From positions 16,286-80,285 of the forward strand of contig CAZBLK010000004.1 in NCBI GenBank assembly GCA_964492715.1: a DNA stretch of 64,000 nucleotides. The letters run 5' to 3'. Numbering within the stretch: position 1 is the stretch's first letter; each line of letters starts with the position of its first letter. Below, piece after piece: positions 17,578-25,975 of this stretch. Origin of the DNA: an uncultured Defluviitaleaceae bacterium (GTDB taxonomy: Bacteria > Bacillota > Clostridia > Lachnospirales > WRBF01). The position numbers and the translations under genes were made by a program. Under the pieces are notes generated by a model. The model made no database searches. It was given only the letters and a program-made list of their open reading frames with translations, and was not told the origin of the DNA.

Positions 17578-19091
17578 CAGCCTTGCAAGAAAAAAAAGTT
17601 AAAGATATTCTTTGCCCCTACTGCTGCCACAGGTTTCACCCAAACGAAGCACACTTTCGGCTTAATGCGCCATGCACAGACGAGCCGCCCTCCCCTTCCG
17701 CTAAAAAAGGAAAGAAAAAGTCTGCAAAAGACGAGGGCTTAGGCAAAGTGCTTGACGAAAAGCTTTACCGCTACAACATGGACGTGCTGAAAAACGACAG
17801 CAGCGAAGCAGAAAAAAACTCAATGCAATTTTTGGCTGTCAGCCTTGAAACAGAAGGGGTTTCACCGTCTGAATTTGACATTGAAAAGTACGGCTTTACA
17901 CAAAAAGTTACATATACAATATATAACGAAAATTCGCAAAGCCACGAAAGCCCAAAAACTTTCACCACGCAAAAAAGGCTTTGCCCAAACTGCCACAACC
18001 AGCTTCCAATAGGCTACGGCTTGCGTGAAACTATTTTAATTTCGATAATCGGCGACGCAAGGGCAGGCAAGTCCATTTACTTGACAATGCTAATTAACGA
18101 GCTTGAAAGCAACCCCGACTTTGTTTCAAAGCTTAATTTTATAGGCGACCAGCACGCAAAGGACAGCATTTTTGAAAGCTACCAAAAGCCTCTTTTGCAC
18201 AATCACGTTTTGGTTGACTCTACAAAGCGCAAAAAAATTCCTCCTTTTTCTTACAACTTTTGGTACCAGTACCGTGGCGAGGACGGCATTTTAAAGGAAA
18301 ACACAATTGACATAATTTTTTACGACATTGCAGGCGAAGACCTTAGAGACGACCACGCCATGCGCCAAAACGGATTTAATATAAGGGATTCTTCTGGGCT
18401 TATTTTCCTTATAGACCCAACGAGCTTTAAAAAAATGGAAGACGTTTTCATGCTTGCCGACAGAAGCTTAATTGACAATAAACCAACGGACAACTCGACA
18501 TCAAGCATTTTTACTGCAATGTACAACTACTTCCTTGGGCTTGACACAGAAAAAAGCGACATACCCGTAGCAATGGCAATTTCAAAGGCGGACCTTTTTC
18601 GCTACGTAAACATGAGCTTTTTTGACGAAAAGCCAGAAAGCCGAATTAGAAAAGTTTTGGAAGGTGAAAGCTACAACGGCTACGTCCACATGAACAGCGC
18701 AAGGGGCATAAACACAGAGGTACGAGAGCTTTTGTCGTACCTTGGCGAGGAACAAGTTTTGAACAACGCTTTGGGCTGCTTTAAAAACGTGGGCTGCTTT
18801 GCTGTGTCGTCACTTGGAAAAAAGCCTGTTGTGGAAACTATAACCAACGAAAAAACAGGCGAAACTACCGAGAAAGGTTATGTTGACGGCGAGCTAGAAC
18901 CGTTTAGGGTGAAAGAGCCGTTTTACTGGCTACTTATGAAGAACAACTTGCTATACAGGTTTGACAACGGCGTTTACTATAAAAATGGCGAAACACCTGT
19001 TGTTGAAAAAGGAAAAGCAGGCTTTGTAGAAGTATTAAAAAAGATGTTTTCTTCCCTGTTTGCTTTTTCGTTTAATAAAAGAAAACGCTAA
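17574..19091 (+). CDS. Split zinc-ribbon + P-loop small-GTPase-fold protein
   Basis: The TTG start overlaps the upstream TGA (TTGA) and is preceded by AAAGGAGGA. CPYC (17613-17624) and CPNC (17982-17993) are separated by about 120 aa. G1 is GDARAGKS (18051-18074), G3 is DIAGED (18324-18341), G4 is SKAD (18582-18593) and G5-like is VSSLG. Confidence 0.75.
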   Translation: MTALQEKKVKDILCPYCCHRFHPNEAHFRLNAPCTDEPPSPSAKKGKKKSAKDEGLGKVLDEKLYRYNMDVLKNDSSEAEKNSMQFLAVSLETEGVSPSEFDIEKYGFTQKVTYTIYNENSQSHESPKTFTTQKRLCPNCHNQLPIGYGLRETILISIIGDARAGKSIYLTMLINELESNPDFVSKLNFIGDQHAKDSIFESYQKPLLHNHVLVDSTKRKKIPPFSYNFWYQYRGEDGILKENTIDIIFYDIAGEDLRDDHAMRQNGFNIRDSSGLIFLIDPTSFKKMEDVFMLADRSLIDNKPTDNSTSSIFTAMYNYFLGLDTEKSDIPVAMAISKADLFRYVNMSFFDEKPESRIRKVLEGESYNGYVHMNSARGINTEVRELLSYLGEEQVLNNALGCFKNVGCFAVSSLGKKPVVETITNEKTGETTEKGYVDGELEPFRVKEPFYWLLMKNNLLYRFDNGVYYKNGETPVVEKGKAGFVEVLKKMFSSLFAFSFNKRKR

Positions 19092-19136
19092 ATAAAATAT
19101 TTTTCCCAAAAAAAGAAAAAATATTCATTTTTGCTA

Positions 19137-19163
19137 TAAAGTTTTTTTAATCTATGCCGATAT
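19137..19163 (+). promoter_or_regulatory. Sigma-28 (SigD/FliA) promoter of flagellin
   Basis: TAAA (19137-19140), exactly 15 nt, then GCCGATAT (19156-19163), against the consensus TAAA-N15-GCCGATAA. Confidence 0.85.
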
Positions 19164-19179
19164 ATAATACAAGGCTAAT

Positions 19180-19255
19180 AACATGGGTTGGGCCCCCCAT
19201 GTTTTGCTAATAAATTTGGGGCAGGGCAAGGATGCCCGCCTAATCTCAAGGAGGA
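19180..19255 (+). promoter_or_regulatory. Flagellin 5' leader: 5'-proximal stem-loop plus two CsrA-type GGA sites
   Basis: Perfect hairpin aacatggg/cccatgtt at 19180-19203. Hairpin gggca-AGGA-tgccc presents GGA in its loop (19224-19237). A second AAGGAGGA overlaps the SD (19247-19255). Confidence 0.55.
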
Positions 19256-19262
19256 AAAACAC

Positions 19263-20807
19263 ATGAGTAATATGGTTATTAACACAAACGTTCTCGCTCT
19301 TAACAGCCACCGTGCATTAAAAGGCGTTGGCGGTACTCAAGCTAAGGCTTCTGAAAGACTTTCTAGCGGTCTTCGCATCAACCGTGCGGCTGACGACGCT
19401 GCTGGCTTGGCTATTTCTGAAAAAATGCGCAGCCAAATCCGTGGTCTTGACCAAGCTTCAAGAAACTCTCAAGACGGCATTAGCTTAATTCAAACTGCTG
19501 AAGGTGCTTTGCAAGAAACTGAAAACATGCTTCAACGTATGCGTGAGCTTACTGTTCAAGCTTCAAATGACACTCTTGAACCAGAAGATAGAGACAAAAT
19601 CGCTCTTGAGCTTAACCAGCTTTCAGACGAAATTGACAAGACTGCTGAAAAGACAGAGTTCAACAAGAAGAAGCTTATCGATGGTAGCTGGTCTTCTCAA
19701 TCACTTTACTTCCAAACTGGTGCTAACGCTGGCCAAGGCCTTACAATTAACATTGGTGCTATGGATGCTAAAACTCTTGGCGTTACAAAGGCTTCAATTG
19801 GCGGTGTTGTAGGCAATGCTGGTGCTGGTGCTGCTGCTGGCACTACAATTACTGCTGGTAATGCTATCTTTACTGCTGCTGGTGCTGCTGCTAGTACAAT
19901 TGACTTTGCTTTGTCTACAACTGCTTCTGTTAATGCTGGAAACTACATCATCAGCGACAAATCTAGGTTTGAAATCTCTGAAGATGGCAAAGTTACTCTT
20001 TTTGGTTTTGATGGTCATGAAAATGGTTCAGTTATCGACATGAAGACGTTAAAATCTGGCTTCACACTAGAAGCTGATAATGGTTCTACTCTTGCATTTG
20101 CCCCTTCTGCTTTAGGTAATGGGTCTCCAGGTGAATTAACATACACTGCTAGTGCTACTGCAGGTAATGCAATCACTGCTGACCCTGGTTCAGTAGGAGC
20201 AACACAAGTTTTATCAACTAGCGGTGATAATGTTCTTGTTATTACAGGCGGTAGCAAATCTGACGGTACTTATGATAAGGCAAATTCAACTTATAAATTT
20301 AGTGGTTCATCTACAGTTTATGCCTTAGATATAAGCGGAAAAGCAATTACTCTTCAAAAGGGTAAGGAATATACTACTGCTGAACTTAAAGATTTATATG
20401 GCGGAGCTGCTCCAACTACTATGCAATTTACTGTTGACGGCAAGCAATATGAAATTACTTTTGGCACTTCGCTTGTATCTGCTGGTGCATCCGCTGTTGT
20501 AAAAGGCTCTGCTTCAGGTTCTGGCGCATCAATTTCAAAGCTTACTGACACTATCGACGCAGCTATTGAAAAAGTTTCTGCACAACGTGCAAACCTTGGT
20601 GCATACCAAAACAGACTTGAGCACACAATTAAGAACCTTGACGTAGCATCAGAAAACTTGTCAGCTTCTGAGTCTCGTATCCGTGACACAGACATGGCTA
20701 AAGAAATGATGACTATGACAAAGAGCAGCGTTCTTTCACAAGCTGCTATGTCAATGCTTGCACAAGCAAACCAAGGACCACAAAACTTGTTGCAATTGTT
20801 GAGATAA
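19263..20807 (+). CDS. fliC: Flagellin
   Basis: Conserved N-terminus (MSNMVINTNVLALNSHRAL...RLSSGLRINRAADDAAGLAISEKM) and C-terminus (QRANLGAYQNRLEHTI...LSQA...LLQLLR), with an Ala/Gly/Thr-rich variable middle. ATG 19263 sits behind AAGGAGGA. The track start 19188 is an artefactual extension. Confidence 0.95.
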   Translation: MSNMVINTNVLALNSHRALKGVGGTQAKASERLSSGLRINRAADDAAGLAISEKMRSQIRGLDQASRNSQDGISLIQTAEGALQETENMLQRMRELTVQASNDTLEPEDRDKIALELNQLSDEIDKTAEKTEFNKKKLIDGSWSSQSLYFQTGANAGQGLTINIGAMDAKTLGVTKASIGGVVGNAGAGAAAGTTITAGNAIFTAAGAAASTIDFALSTTASVNAGNYIISDKSRFEISEDGKVTLFGFDGHENGSVIDMKTLKSGFTLEADNGSTLAFAPSALGNGSPGELTYTASATAGNAITADPGSVGATQVLSTSGDNVLVITGGSKSDGTYDKANSTYKFSGSSTVYALDISGKAITLQKGKEYTTAELKDLYGGAAPTTMQFTVDGKQYEITFGTSLVSAGASAVVKGSASGSGASISKLTDTIDAAIEKVSAQRANLGAYQNRLEHTIKNLDVASENLSASESRIRDTDMAKEMMTMTKSSVLSQAAMSMLAQANQGPQNLLQLLR

Positions 20808-20844
20808 TTTGTCTTAAATTAACATACATACAAAAGATAGCTTT

Positions 20845-20877
20845 AAAGAGGTTGGGTTTTCCAACCTCTTTTTATTT
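20845..20877 (+). terminator. Intrinsic terminator of fliC
   Basis: aaagaggttgg-gtttt-ccaacctcttt followed by ttatttg. Confidence 0.85.
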
Positions 20878-20886
20878 GATATTCTC

Positions 20887-20913
20887 AAAAAAAAAGGCGC
20901 TTTTGCAAGCGCC
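20887..20913 (-). terminator. Intrinsic terminator of metK
   Basis: On the minus strand: gggcgc-ttgcaaaa-gcgcc followed by tttttttt. Confidence 0.8.
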
Positions 20914-20928
20914 CAAAACATACTCTTA

Positions 20929-22101
20929 TTAAATATACTTTTTAAGTTTTTCTACCATATCAAGCTTTTCCCAAGGTAAGTCAAGCTCGTTCCTGCCGAA
21001 ATGTCCATAAGCCGCAACTTGCTTGTAAATTGGTCGCCTAAGGTTAAAGTGGCTGATAATTGCCGCTGGGCGCATATCAAACGTTTCTCTTATAGCTTCA
21101 ACCAACTGCTCGTCTGAAATTCTGCCAGTGCCGTAAGTGTTTACAAGAATGGAAAGCGGCTGTGCAACGCCAATTGCATAAGCAACCTCAATTTCACATT
21201 TTTTTGCAAGCCCTGCTGCAACAATGTTTTTTGCAACGTACCTTGCCATATAAGCCGCTGAACGGTCAACCTTTGTTGGGTCTTTGCCCGAGAAACAGCC
21301 GCCGCCGTGCGAAGCATACCCACCATAAGTATCAACAATTATTTTTCTTCCAGTAAGCCCACAGTCACCTTGCGGCCCACCAATTACAAAACGCCCTGTT
21401 GGGTTTACATAATATTTTGTGTCTTGCGAAAGCAAGTGTTCTGGAATAACAGCCTTTATAACGTGTTCTATTATGTCTTTTTCAATTGTGTCGTGGTCTA
21501 CGTCTGGGCTGTGCTGTGACGAAATAACAACATTTTTTACAGCTACTGGTAAGTCGTTCACATACTCCACCGTAACTTGCGACTTTCCGTCTGGGCGAAG
21601 GTAAGAAAGTGTTCCGTCCTTCCGAACTTCTGTCAACCTCTTTGTAAGCTTGTGTGCAAGATAAATTGGCATAGGCATAAGCTCGTCCGTTTCGTCACAA
21701 GCAAAGCCAAACATCATGCCTTGGTCGCCTGCGCCTGTGTCATGTGCGTCCTCTGCACGCCCTTCTAGCGCATTGTCTACACCCATAGCAATGTCTGGCG
21801 ACTGCCCTTTAAGCGAAACTATAACAGCGCACGTTTTGCCGTCAAAGCAAAACTCGGCGTTGTCATACCCAATTCCGCAAACCGTGTCACGCACAATTTG
21901 CTCAATGTCAACGTAACAGCTTGTTGTAATTTCACCTGCAACCATTATAAGCCCAGTTGTCGCAATTGTTTCGCACGCAACACGAGCGGCAGGGTCATTT
22001 GCGACAATTGCGTCCAAAACGGCGTCCGAAATTTGGTCGCAAATTTTGTCTGGGTGTCCTTCTGTTACCGATTCTGATGTAAAAACTCTAATAGATGACA
22101 T
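20929..22101 (-). CDS. metK: S-adenosylmethionine synthetase
   Basis: [31 protein letters not shown] and [19 protein letters not shown] motifs. True start is ATG 22101 behind AAGGAGGA. The 48-codon upstream extension in the track reads through repeat DNA. Confidence 0.97.
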   Translation of the reverse strand: MSSIRVFTSESVTEGHPDKICDQISDAVLDAIVANDPAARVACETIATTGLIMVAGEITTSCYVDIEQIVRDTVCGIGYDNAEFCFDGKTCAVIVSLKGQSPDIAMGVDNALEGRAEDAHDTGAGDQGMMFGFACDETDELMPMPIYLAHKLTKRLTEVRKDGTLSYLRPDGKSQVTVEYVNDLPVAVKNVVISSQHSPDVDHDTIEKDIIEHVIKAVIPEHLLSQDTKYYVNPTGRFVIGGPQGDCGLTGRKIIVDTYGGYASHGGGCFSGKDPTKVDRSAAYMARYVAKNIVAAGLAKKCEIEVAYAIGVAQPLSILVNTYGTGRISDEQLVEAIRETFDMRPAAIISHFNLRRPIYKQVAAYGHFGRNELDLPWEKLDMVEKLKKYI

Positions 22102-22140
22102 ATTATTTTCCTCCTTATGAAAACATAAAAATACTAGGAA

Positions 22141-22215
22141 TGTTGGGGGAGAGAACCTTTTTTCAAACGGCGAAAAAAGGTTCTCTCCCCCAAACCCCCT
22201 CTCTCCAAAAAAGCC
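22141..22215. repeat. GC-rich nested-hairpin repeat, copy B1 (inside the metK leader)
   Basis: Perfect 19-bp inverted repeat gggggagagaacctttttt / aaaaaaggttctctccccc (22144-22190) with a 9-nt loop, followed by the core cccccaaaccccc. Confidence 0.8.
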
Positions 22216-22260
22216 GATTATAAAAGGCAATTGTAGATTCATCAATTACTTTAAAAAAAT

Positions 22261-22330
22261 GGGTCAAGGGGCAAGCCCCTTGCGGGGGGTTGGGGGCAGC
22301 GCCCCCAAGGTTTTAAGCCTTTATCGCTCA
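22261..22330. repeat. GC-rich nested-hairpin repeat, copy B2 (inside the metK leader)
   Basis: gggtcaaggggcaagccccttgcggggggttgggggcagcgcccccaaggtttt. The first half matches the reverse complement of the copy at 33722-33800. The second half matches the reverse complement of the copy at 7081-7136. Confidence 0.8.
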
Positions 22331-22341
22331 AAAAAAGGGTA

Positions 22342-22476
22342 CAAAAAAAGCCCTGACGGGCTATTTCCATTAAAATGCCTCATCTTTCCGCTTTAACACG
22401 GGGGAATTGGCACCGTGCATAAAAGCCGGTTGCCGGGTTTCGTAGGGCCCTGTCCCTCCACCTCTCTTGATAAGTT
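22342..22476 (-). promoter_or_regulatory. SAM-I (S-box) riboswitch with short terminator-like hairpin
   Basis: Minus strand CTTATCAAGAGAGGTGGAGGGACAGGGCCCTACGAAACCCGGCAACCGG...CGGTGCCAATTCCCCCGTG...GAAAGATGAGG (22476-22378) matches the S-box consensus blocks. AGCCC-GTCA-GGGCT plus a U7 run follows at 22366-22342. Confidence 0.9.
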
Positions 22477-22514
22477 TAAAGTTGTCTGTTTAAAAAAACT
22501 AACCCTCGCCCAGC

Positions 22515-22877
22515 CTACTCCTCGCTTGGCATGTTCATTGAAAGCTGCTTGTACATAAAATTAGCAAGCCCAAGCCCTCCAGCTTTAGCCGAGTTTTTGG
22601 ACACTTCTTCGTCCAGCATTTCCTCAAAAATCTTTTCAGTGCTGCTCTTAGGCAAAATACCGCCGCTTGTGTCTACAGTTTTGCGCATTTCCTTATACAT
22701 CATTTGTATAAAGTATGACTCAAAGTTAACACATGCGTCCATCAATTCCTTTTTTTTGCCTTCGCTTGCCGCCTTTTCAAGCTGCAATTGAAAATTGTCT
22801 GTTTTAGAAATTTCGTCGTTAAGCTGGGTTCTAGCTTGCGTTATATATCCATCAGAGACTACTGAGCCAATGTTCAT
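22515..22877 (-). CDS. Flagellar rod-binding protein (FlgJ N-terminal-domain-like)
   Basis: 120 aa. FESYFIQMMYKEMRKT and GGLGLANFMYKQL are typical of the rod-binding domain. It lies downstream of the rod genes. Confidence 0.7.
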   Translation of the reverse strand: MNIGSVVSDGYITQARTQLNDEISKTDNFQLQLEKAASEGKKKELMDACVNFESYFIQMMYKEMRKTVDTSGGILPKSSTEKIFEEMLDEEVSKNSAKAGGLGLANFMYKQLSMNMPSEE

Positions 22878-22909
22878 TAAAAAGCCCTCCCCTTCCTAAA
22901 AAGAAGCAA

Positions 22910-23731
22910 CTATCCACGCTTCAAGTTGTTAGCAAGCCCAAGCATATCATCAGAACTTTGGATAGCTTTTGAGTTAAGCTCGTAAGCACGCTGTGCAACA
23001 ATAAGGTCTACCATTTCCTGCGCAACTTGAACGTTTGAAAGCTCTATGGTTCCTTGCACTACGTTACTTCTAGTTGCAACTTCCCCTTCACTTTCCTTAA
23101 TAGGCGCACCAGAAGCAGGCGTTGAAGCTAAAAGGTTGCTGCCAACAGCCATAAGTCCTTGGTCATTTGTAAACTGAACAATGTCAAATTGCATTCCAAG
23201 GTCTATAATTTCGTTGCCAGTTGTTACATACCCAATTTCACCAATTTCAGAAACGGTAATGTCTGCAACTTTAACAATGTCAGGAATTGCAATAGGTTGG
23301 TCGTCAACACCCAAAACTTGATACCCCTCAGAAGTAACAAGCTGATATTCACCATCGCCGAGGCTAACTTTAAATGTACCGTCTTTTGTGTAGCCAACTT
23401 CACCGTTTGGCATTTGTACAGCAAAAAAGCCTGGGCCTTCAAGCGCAAAGTCAAGCTTGTGTGCCGTGTTGCTTAAATTACCAATTGTAAACATTCTGCT
23501 TACAGCAATAGGCTTTACACCATGCCCAACTTGCAGGTTTACAGGCCTGCCAGCAGGGTTTGCTGCGTCAAGGTCGGCACGCTTCATTGTTTCATACAAA
23601 AGCGACTTAAATTCCAAACGTTCCTTTTTATATCCAGCGGTGTTTACGTTGGCAAGGTTGTTTGAAATTGTGTCAACGTTCATTTGCTGACCAATCATGC
23701 CCGAAGCCGCCGTCCATAATGACCTAATCAT
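22910..23731 (-). CDS. flgG: Flagellar basal-body rod protein FlgG
   Basis: N-terminus MIRSLWTAASGMIGQQMNVDTISNNLANVNTAGYK and C-terminus GTIELSNVQVAQEMVDLIVAQRAYELNSK. Confidence 0.9.
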   Translation of the reverse strand: MIRSLWTAASGMIGQQMNVDTISNNLANVNTAGYKKERLEFKSLLYETMKRADLDAANPAGRPVNLQVGHGVKPIAVSRMFTIGNLSNTAHKLDFALEGPGFFAVQMPNGEVGYTKDGTFKVSLGDGEYQLVTSEGYQVLGVDDQPIAIPDIVKVADITVSEIGEIGYVTTGNEIIDLGMQFDIVQFTNDQGLMAVGSNLLASTPASGAPIKESEGEVATRSNVVQGTIELSNVQVAQEMVDLIVAQRAYELNSKAIQSSDDMLGLANNLKRG

Positions 23732-23750
23732 AGTTTGTTACCCCCTAAAA

Positions 23751-24521
23751 TTATTTCCTGCCAATTTCGTTTACAGCTTTTGCTAAAATTGTGTCGTGTA
23801 TAGTAACCATGCGCTGGTTCGCTTCATAAGTTCTTGAAACATTAATTATGTCAACCATTTCTTTAACAGAATTTATGTTTGAATTTTCTAAAGCACCCTG
23901 TGTAAGCAAGCCGACAAACTGCTTTTCTGTCGAGCCTTCTGTTGTGTTGTAAAGGTTTGAACCATGCTTTCTAAGCGTGTGCGTGTCCTCAAAGTCTGTC
24001 AGCCTAAGTTTGTCAACAAATGTGTCGCCAACGTAAACTTCGCCACCATTATGAATTGAAACAAAGCCGTCAGGCAAAACAAGAGGGCCGTTTTCGCCCA
24101 TTACAGCGTACCCGTCCTTTGTTCTAAGAGTGCCTTCAGCGTCAAGCGTAAAAGCACCGTCACGAGTGTACCTTAAAACTTGTTCGCCGTTTGCATTAGT
24201 GTCAGAAACTACAAAGAAACCGCTTCCAGAAATTGCAACGTCAAGCGGAGCATCAGTCATTTTAAAAGAGCCGTTTTCAAAATTTGTGTAAATGTCGTCA
24301 ATAAAAAGCCCTTGCGACAACTTTCCAACCCTTGACGTAGGCTTCCCTACCTCTGTGCTGTCGTTTAAGCGGTGCATAAGCTCCTCTGTGAACGACCTTG
24401 TAACAACTGTATCTTTTTTAAATGCGTTTGTGTTTACGTTTGCAATATTGTTGGAAACAACGTCAAGCTTGCTCATTTGAGTTGTCATACCCAAAGCCGA
24501 GATGTATAACCCTTTAATCAT
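23751..24521 (-). CDS. Flagellar hook-basal body rod protein (FlgF/FlhO-like)
   Basis: MIKGLYISALGMTTQMSKLDVVSNNIANVNTNAFKK at the N-terminus and the conserved ALENSNINSVKEMVDIINVSRTYEANQR at the C-terminus. Confidence 0.85.
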   Translation of the reverse strand: MIKGLYISALGMTTQMSKLDVVSNNIANVNTNAFKKDTVVTRSFTEELMHRLNDSTEVGKPTSRVGKLSQGLFIDDIYTNFENGSFKMTDAPLDVAISGSGFFVVSDTNANGEQVLRYTRDGAFTLDAEGTLRTKDGYAVMGENGPLVLPDGFVSIHNGGEVYVGDTFVDKLRLTDFEDTHTLRKHGSNLYNTTEGSTEKQFVGLLTQGALENSNINSVKEMVDIINVSRTYEANQRMVTIHDTILAKAVNEIGRK

Positions 24522-25558
24522 ATGCTCCTCCTATTGCTATTTCCTCTAGTTCGAGAAAAATCAACATGCCTGTTCATTGCAGCATATTCTATATATTTTC
24601 CAGTTCCAATTGCCACACACGAAAGTGCGTCTTCGGCAATTATTGCATTAATCCCAATATTATCGCTTATTAGCTTGTCAAGCCCATAAAGCAAGCTTCC
24701 ACCGCCTGTAAGAACAAGCCCTCGCTCTGAAATATCCGCAACAAGTTCTGGCGGTGTTTTTTCAAGCACAAACCGAACGGTTTCAACGACGTTCTCCACA
24801 GGTTCAGAAAGTGCTTCACGCATTTCATCAGATGTAACCGTAATGTTGTTTGGAAGCCCTGTAACAAGGTTTCGCCCACGAACAACCATTGAAACAGGCA
24901 TTGTTCGTGCATAAACTGTGCCTATGTTAATTTTTAGTTCTTCGGCTGTTCGTTCGCCAATTAAAATGCTGTGTTTTTTCCTAATATATCTAATGATTGC
25001 TTCGTCAAAGTTGTTTCCTGCAATTTTAATTGACTCGCTGACAACAGTTCCCCCAAGCGAAATTACTGCTACGTCGGTTGTTCCACCGCCAATGTCAACC
25101 ACCATACTTCCGCAAGCACGTGCAATGTCAATGCCTGCACCAATTGCGGCCGCTATAGGTTCTTCAATTGTAAAAACTTCCCTTACTCCAACTTGCCTTG
25201 TGGCGTCTTCAACCGCTCGGCATTCAACCTCGGTTGCCTTGCTTGGAACACAAATGCAAATGCGTGGCTTGCGCCGCATAAAGGAGTAACGCCCCAGTGC
25301 TCTGTTTACAAAATGCTTGAGCATTTTTTCTGTTATTTCAAAGTCTGAAATAACGCCCTCGCTAAGTGGGCGAATTGCAACGATGTTGCCTGGGGTACGC
25401 CCCAACATGCTTCTAGCTTCCTCACCCACAGCCAAAACCTCGTTGCTCGACTTGTTTACAGCAACAACGGACGGCTCTCTAAGGACAATCCCTCGCCCCT
25501 CTATGTAGACGAGAACGTTGGCTGTACCCAAATCAATGCCAATGTCCGTACCAAACAT
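24518..25558 (-). CDS. mreB: Actin-like rod-shape protein MreB/Mbl
   Basis: DIGIDLGTANVLVY, VVDIGGGTTDVAVISLGG and LTGGGSL motifs. Its position upstream of two rod genes mirrors Bacillus mbl-flhO-flhP. Confidence 0.9.
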   Translation of the reverse strand: MFGTDIGIDLGTANVLVYIEGRGIVLREPSVVAVNKSSNEVLAVGEEARSMLGRTPGNIVAIRPLSEGVISDFEITEKMLKHFVNRALGRYSFMRRKPRICICVPSKATEVECRAVEDATRQVGVREVFTIEEPIAAAIGAGIDIARACGSMVVDIGGGTTDVAVISLGGTVVSESIKIAGNNFDEAIIRYIRKKHSILIGERTAEELKINIGTVYARTMPVSMVVRGRNLVTGLPNNITVTSDEMREALSEPVENVVETVRFVLEKTPPELVADISERGLVLTGGGSLLYGLDKLISDNIGINAIIAEDALSCVAIGTGKYIEYAAMNRHVDFSRTRGNSNRRSI

Positions 25559-25713
25559 AAAATTACTCCTTTTACTATTATCGGCAAAACAAGAAAAAAT
25601 ATTTATACTTCTATACGATTCCTTTAATATGTAAGTTTATTTTTACAAAATGTTCATTAAAATTAATTATACAACATTTGGCGTGTTTTAACAACTAGTT
25701 TTTTATTATCGTA

Positions 25714-25746
25714 AAAAAAGCCATAAGGCAGAACCGCCTTATAGCT
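25714..25746 (-). terminator. Intrinsic terminator after the MoaD-like gene
   Basis: On the minus strand: gctataaggc-ggttct-gccttatggc followed by ttttttt. Confidence 0.7.
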
Positions 25747-25753
25747 TTTTACA

Positions 25754-25975
25754 TCACCCTCCTGCAACAGGAGGGAAAATAGCCAAAATATCATTATCTT
25801 TTACACCATCTGCAAACTTTGCATGAAAGCCGTTTATTAAAAAAATTGCAACGTCCTTTTCGGAAATTGAAAGCTGTGCAAGCACGTCCGAGCATGTGGA
25901 AACATTTTCCGCACTCATAAACACAACTTTTCCACGCCCTTCACGAAAATACGCAAACAACCGAACCTCTATCAT
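25754..25975 (-). CDS. MoaD/ThiS-family ubiquitin-like sulfur-carrier protein
   Basis: 73 aa ending in ...FPPVAGG (C-terminal Gly-Gly). Its start overlaps the AOR stop by 4 nt. Confidence 0.75.
   Translation of the reverse strand: MIEVRLFAYFREGRGKVVFMSAENVSTCSDVLAQLSISEKDVAIFLINGFHAKFADGVKDNDILAIFPPVAGG

Noticed and set aside
19188-19262. 25-codon N-terminal extension of flagellin in the track ORF.
   Set aside because: It lies in the leader downstream of the sigma-28 promoter. The conserved flagellin N-terminus starts at ATG 19263 with a strong SD.
20929-22245. The track ORF extends metK by 48 codons upstream ([34 protein letters not shown]...).
   Set aside because: The extension is a read-through of the GC-rich repeat B1. 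A canonical ATG with AAGGAGGA at 22101 gives the conserved MetK N-terminus.
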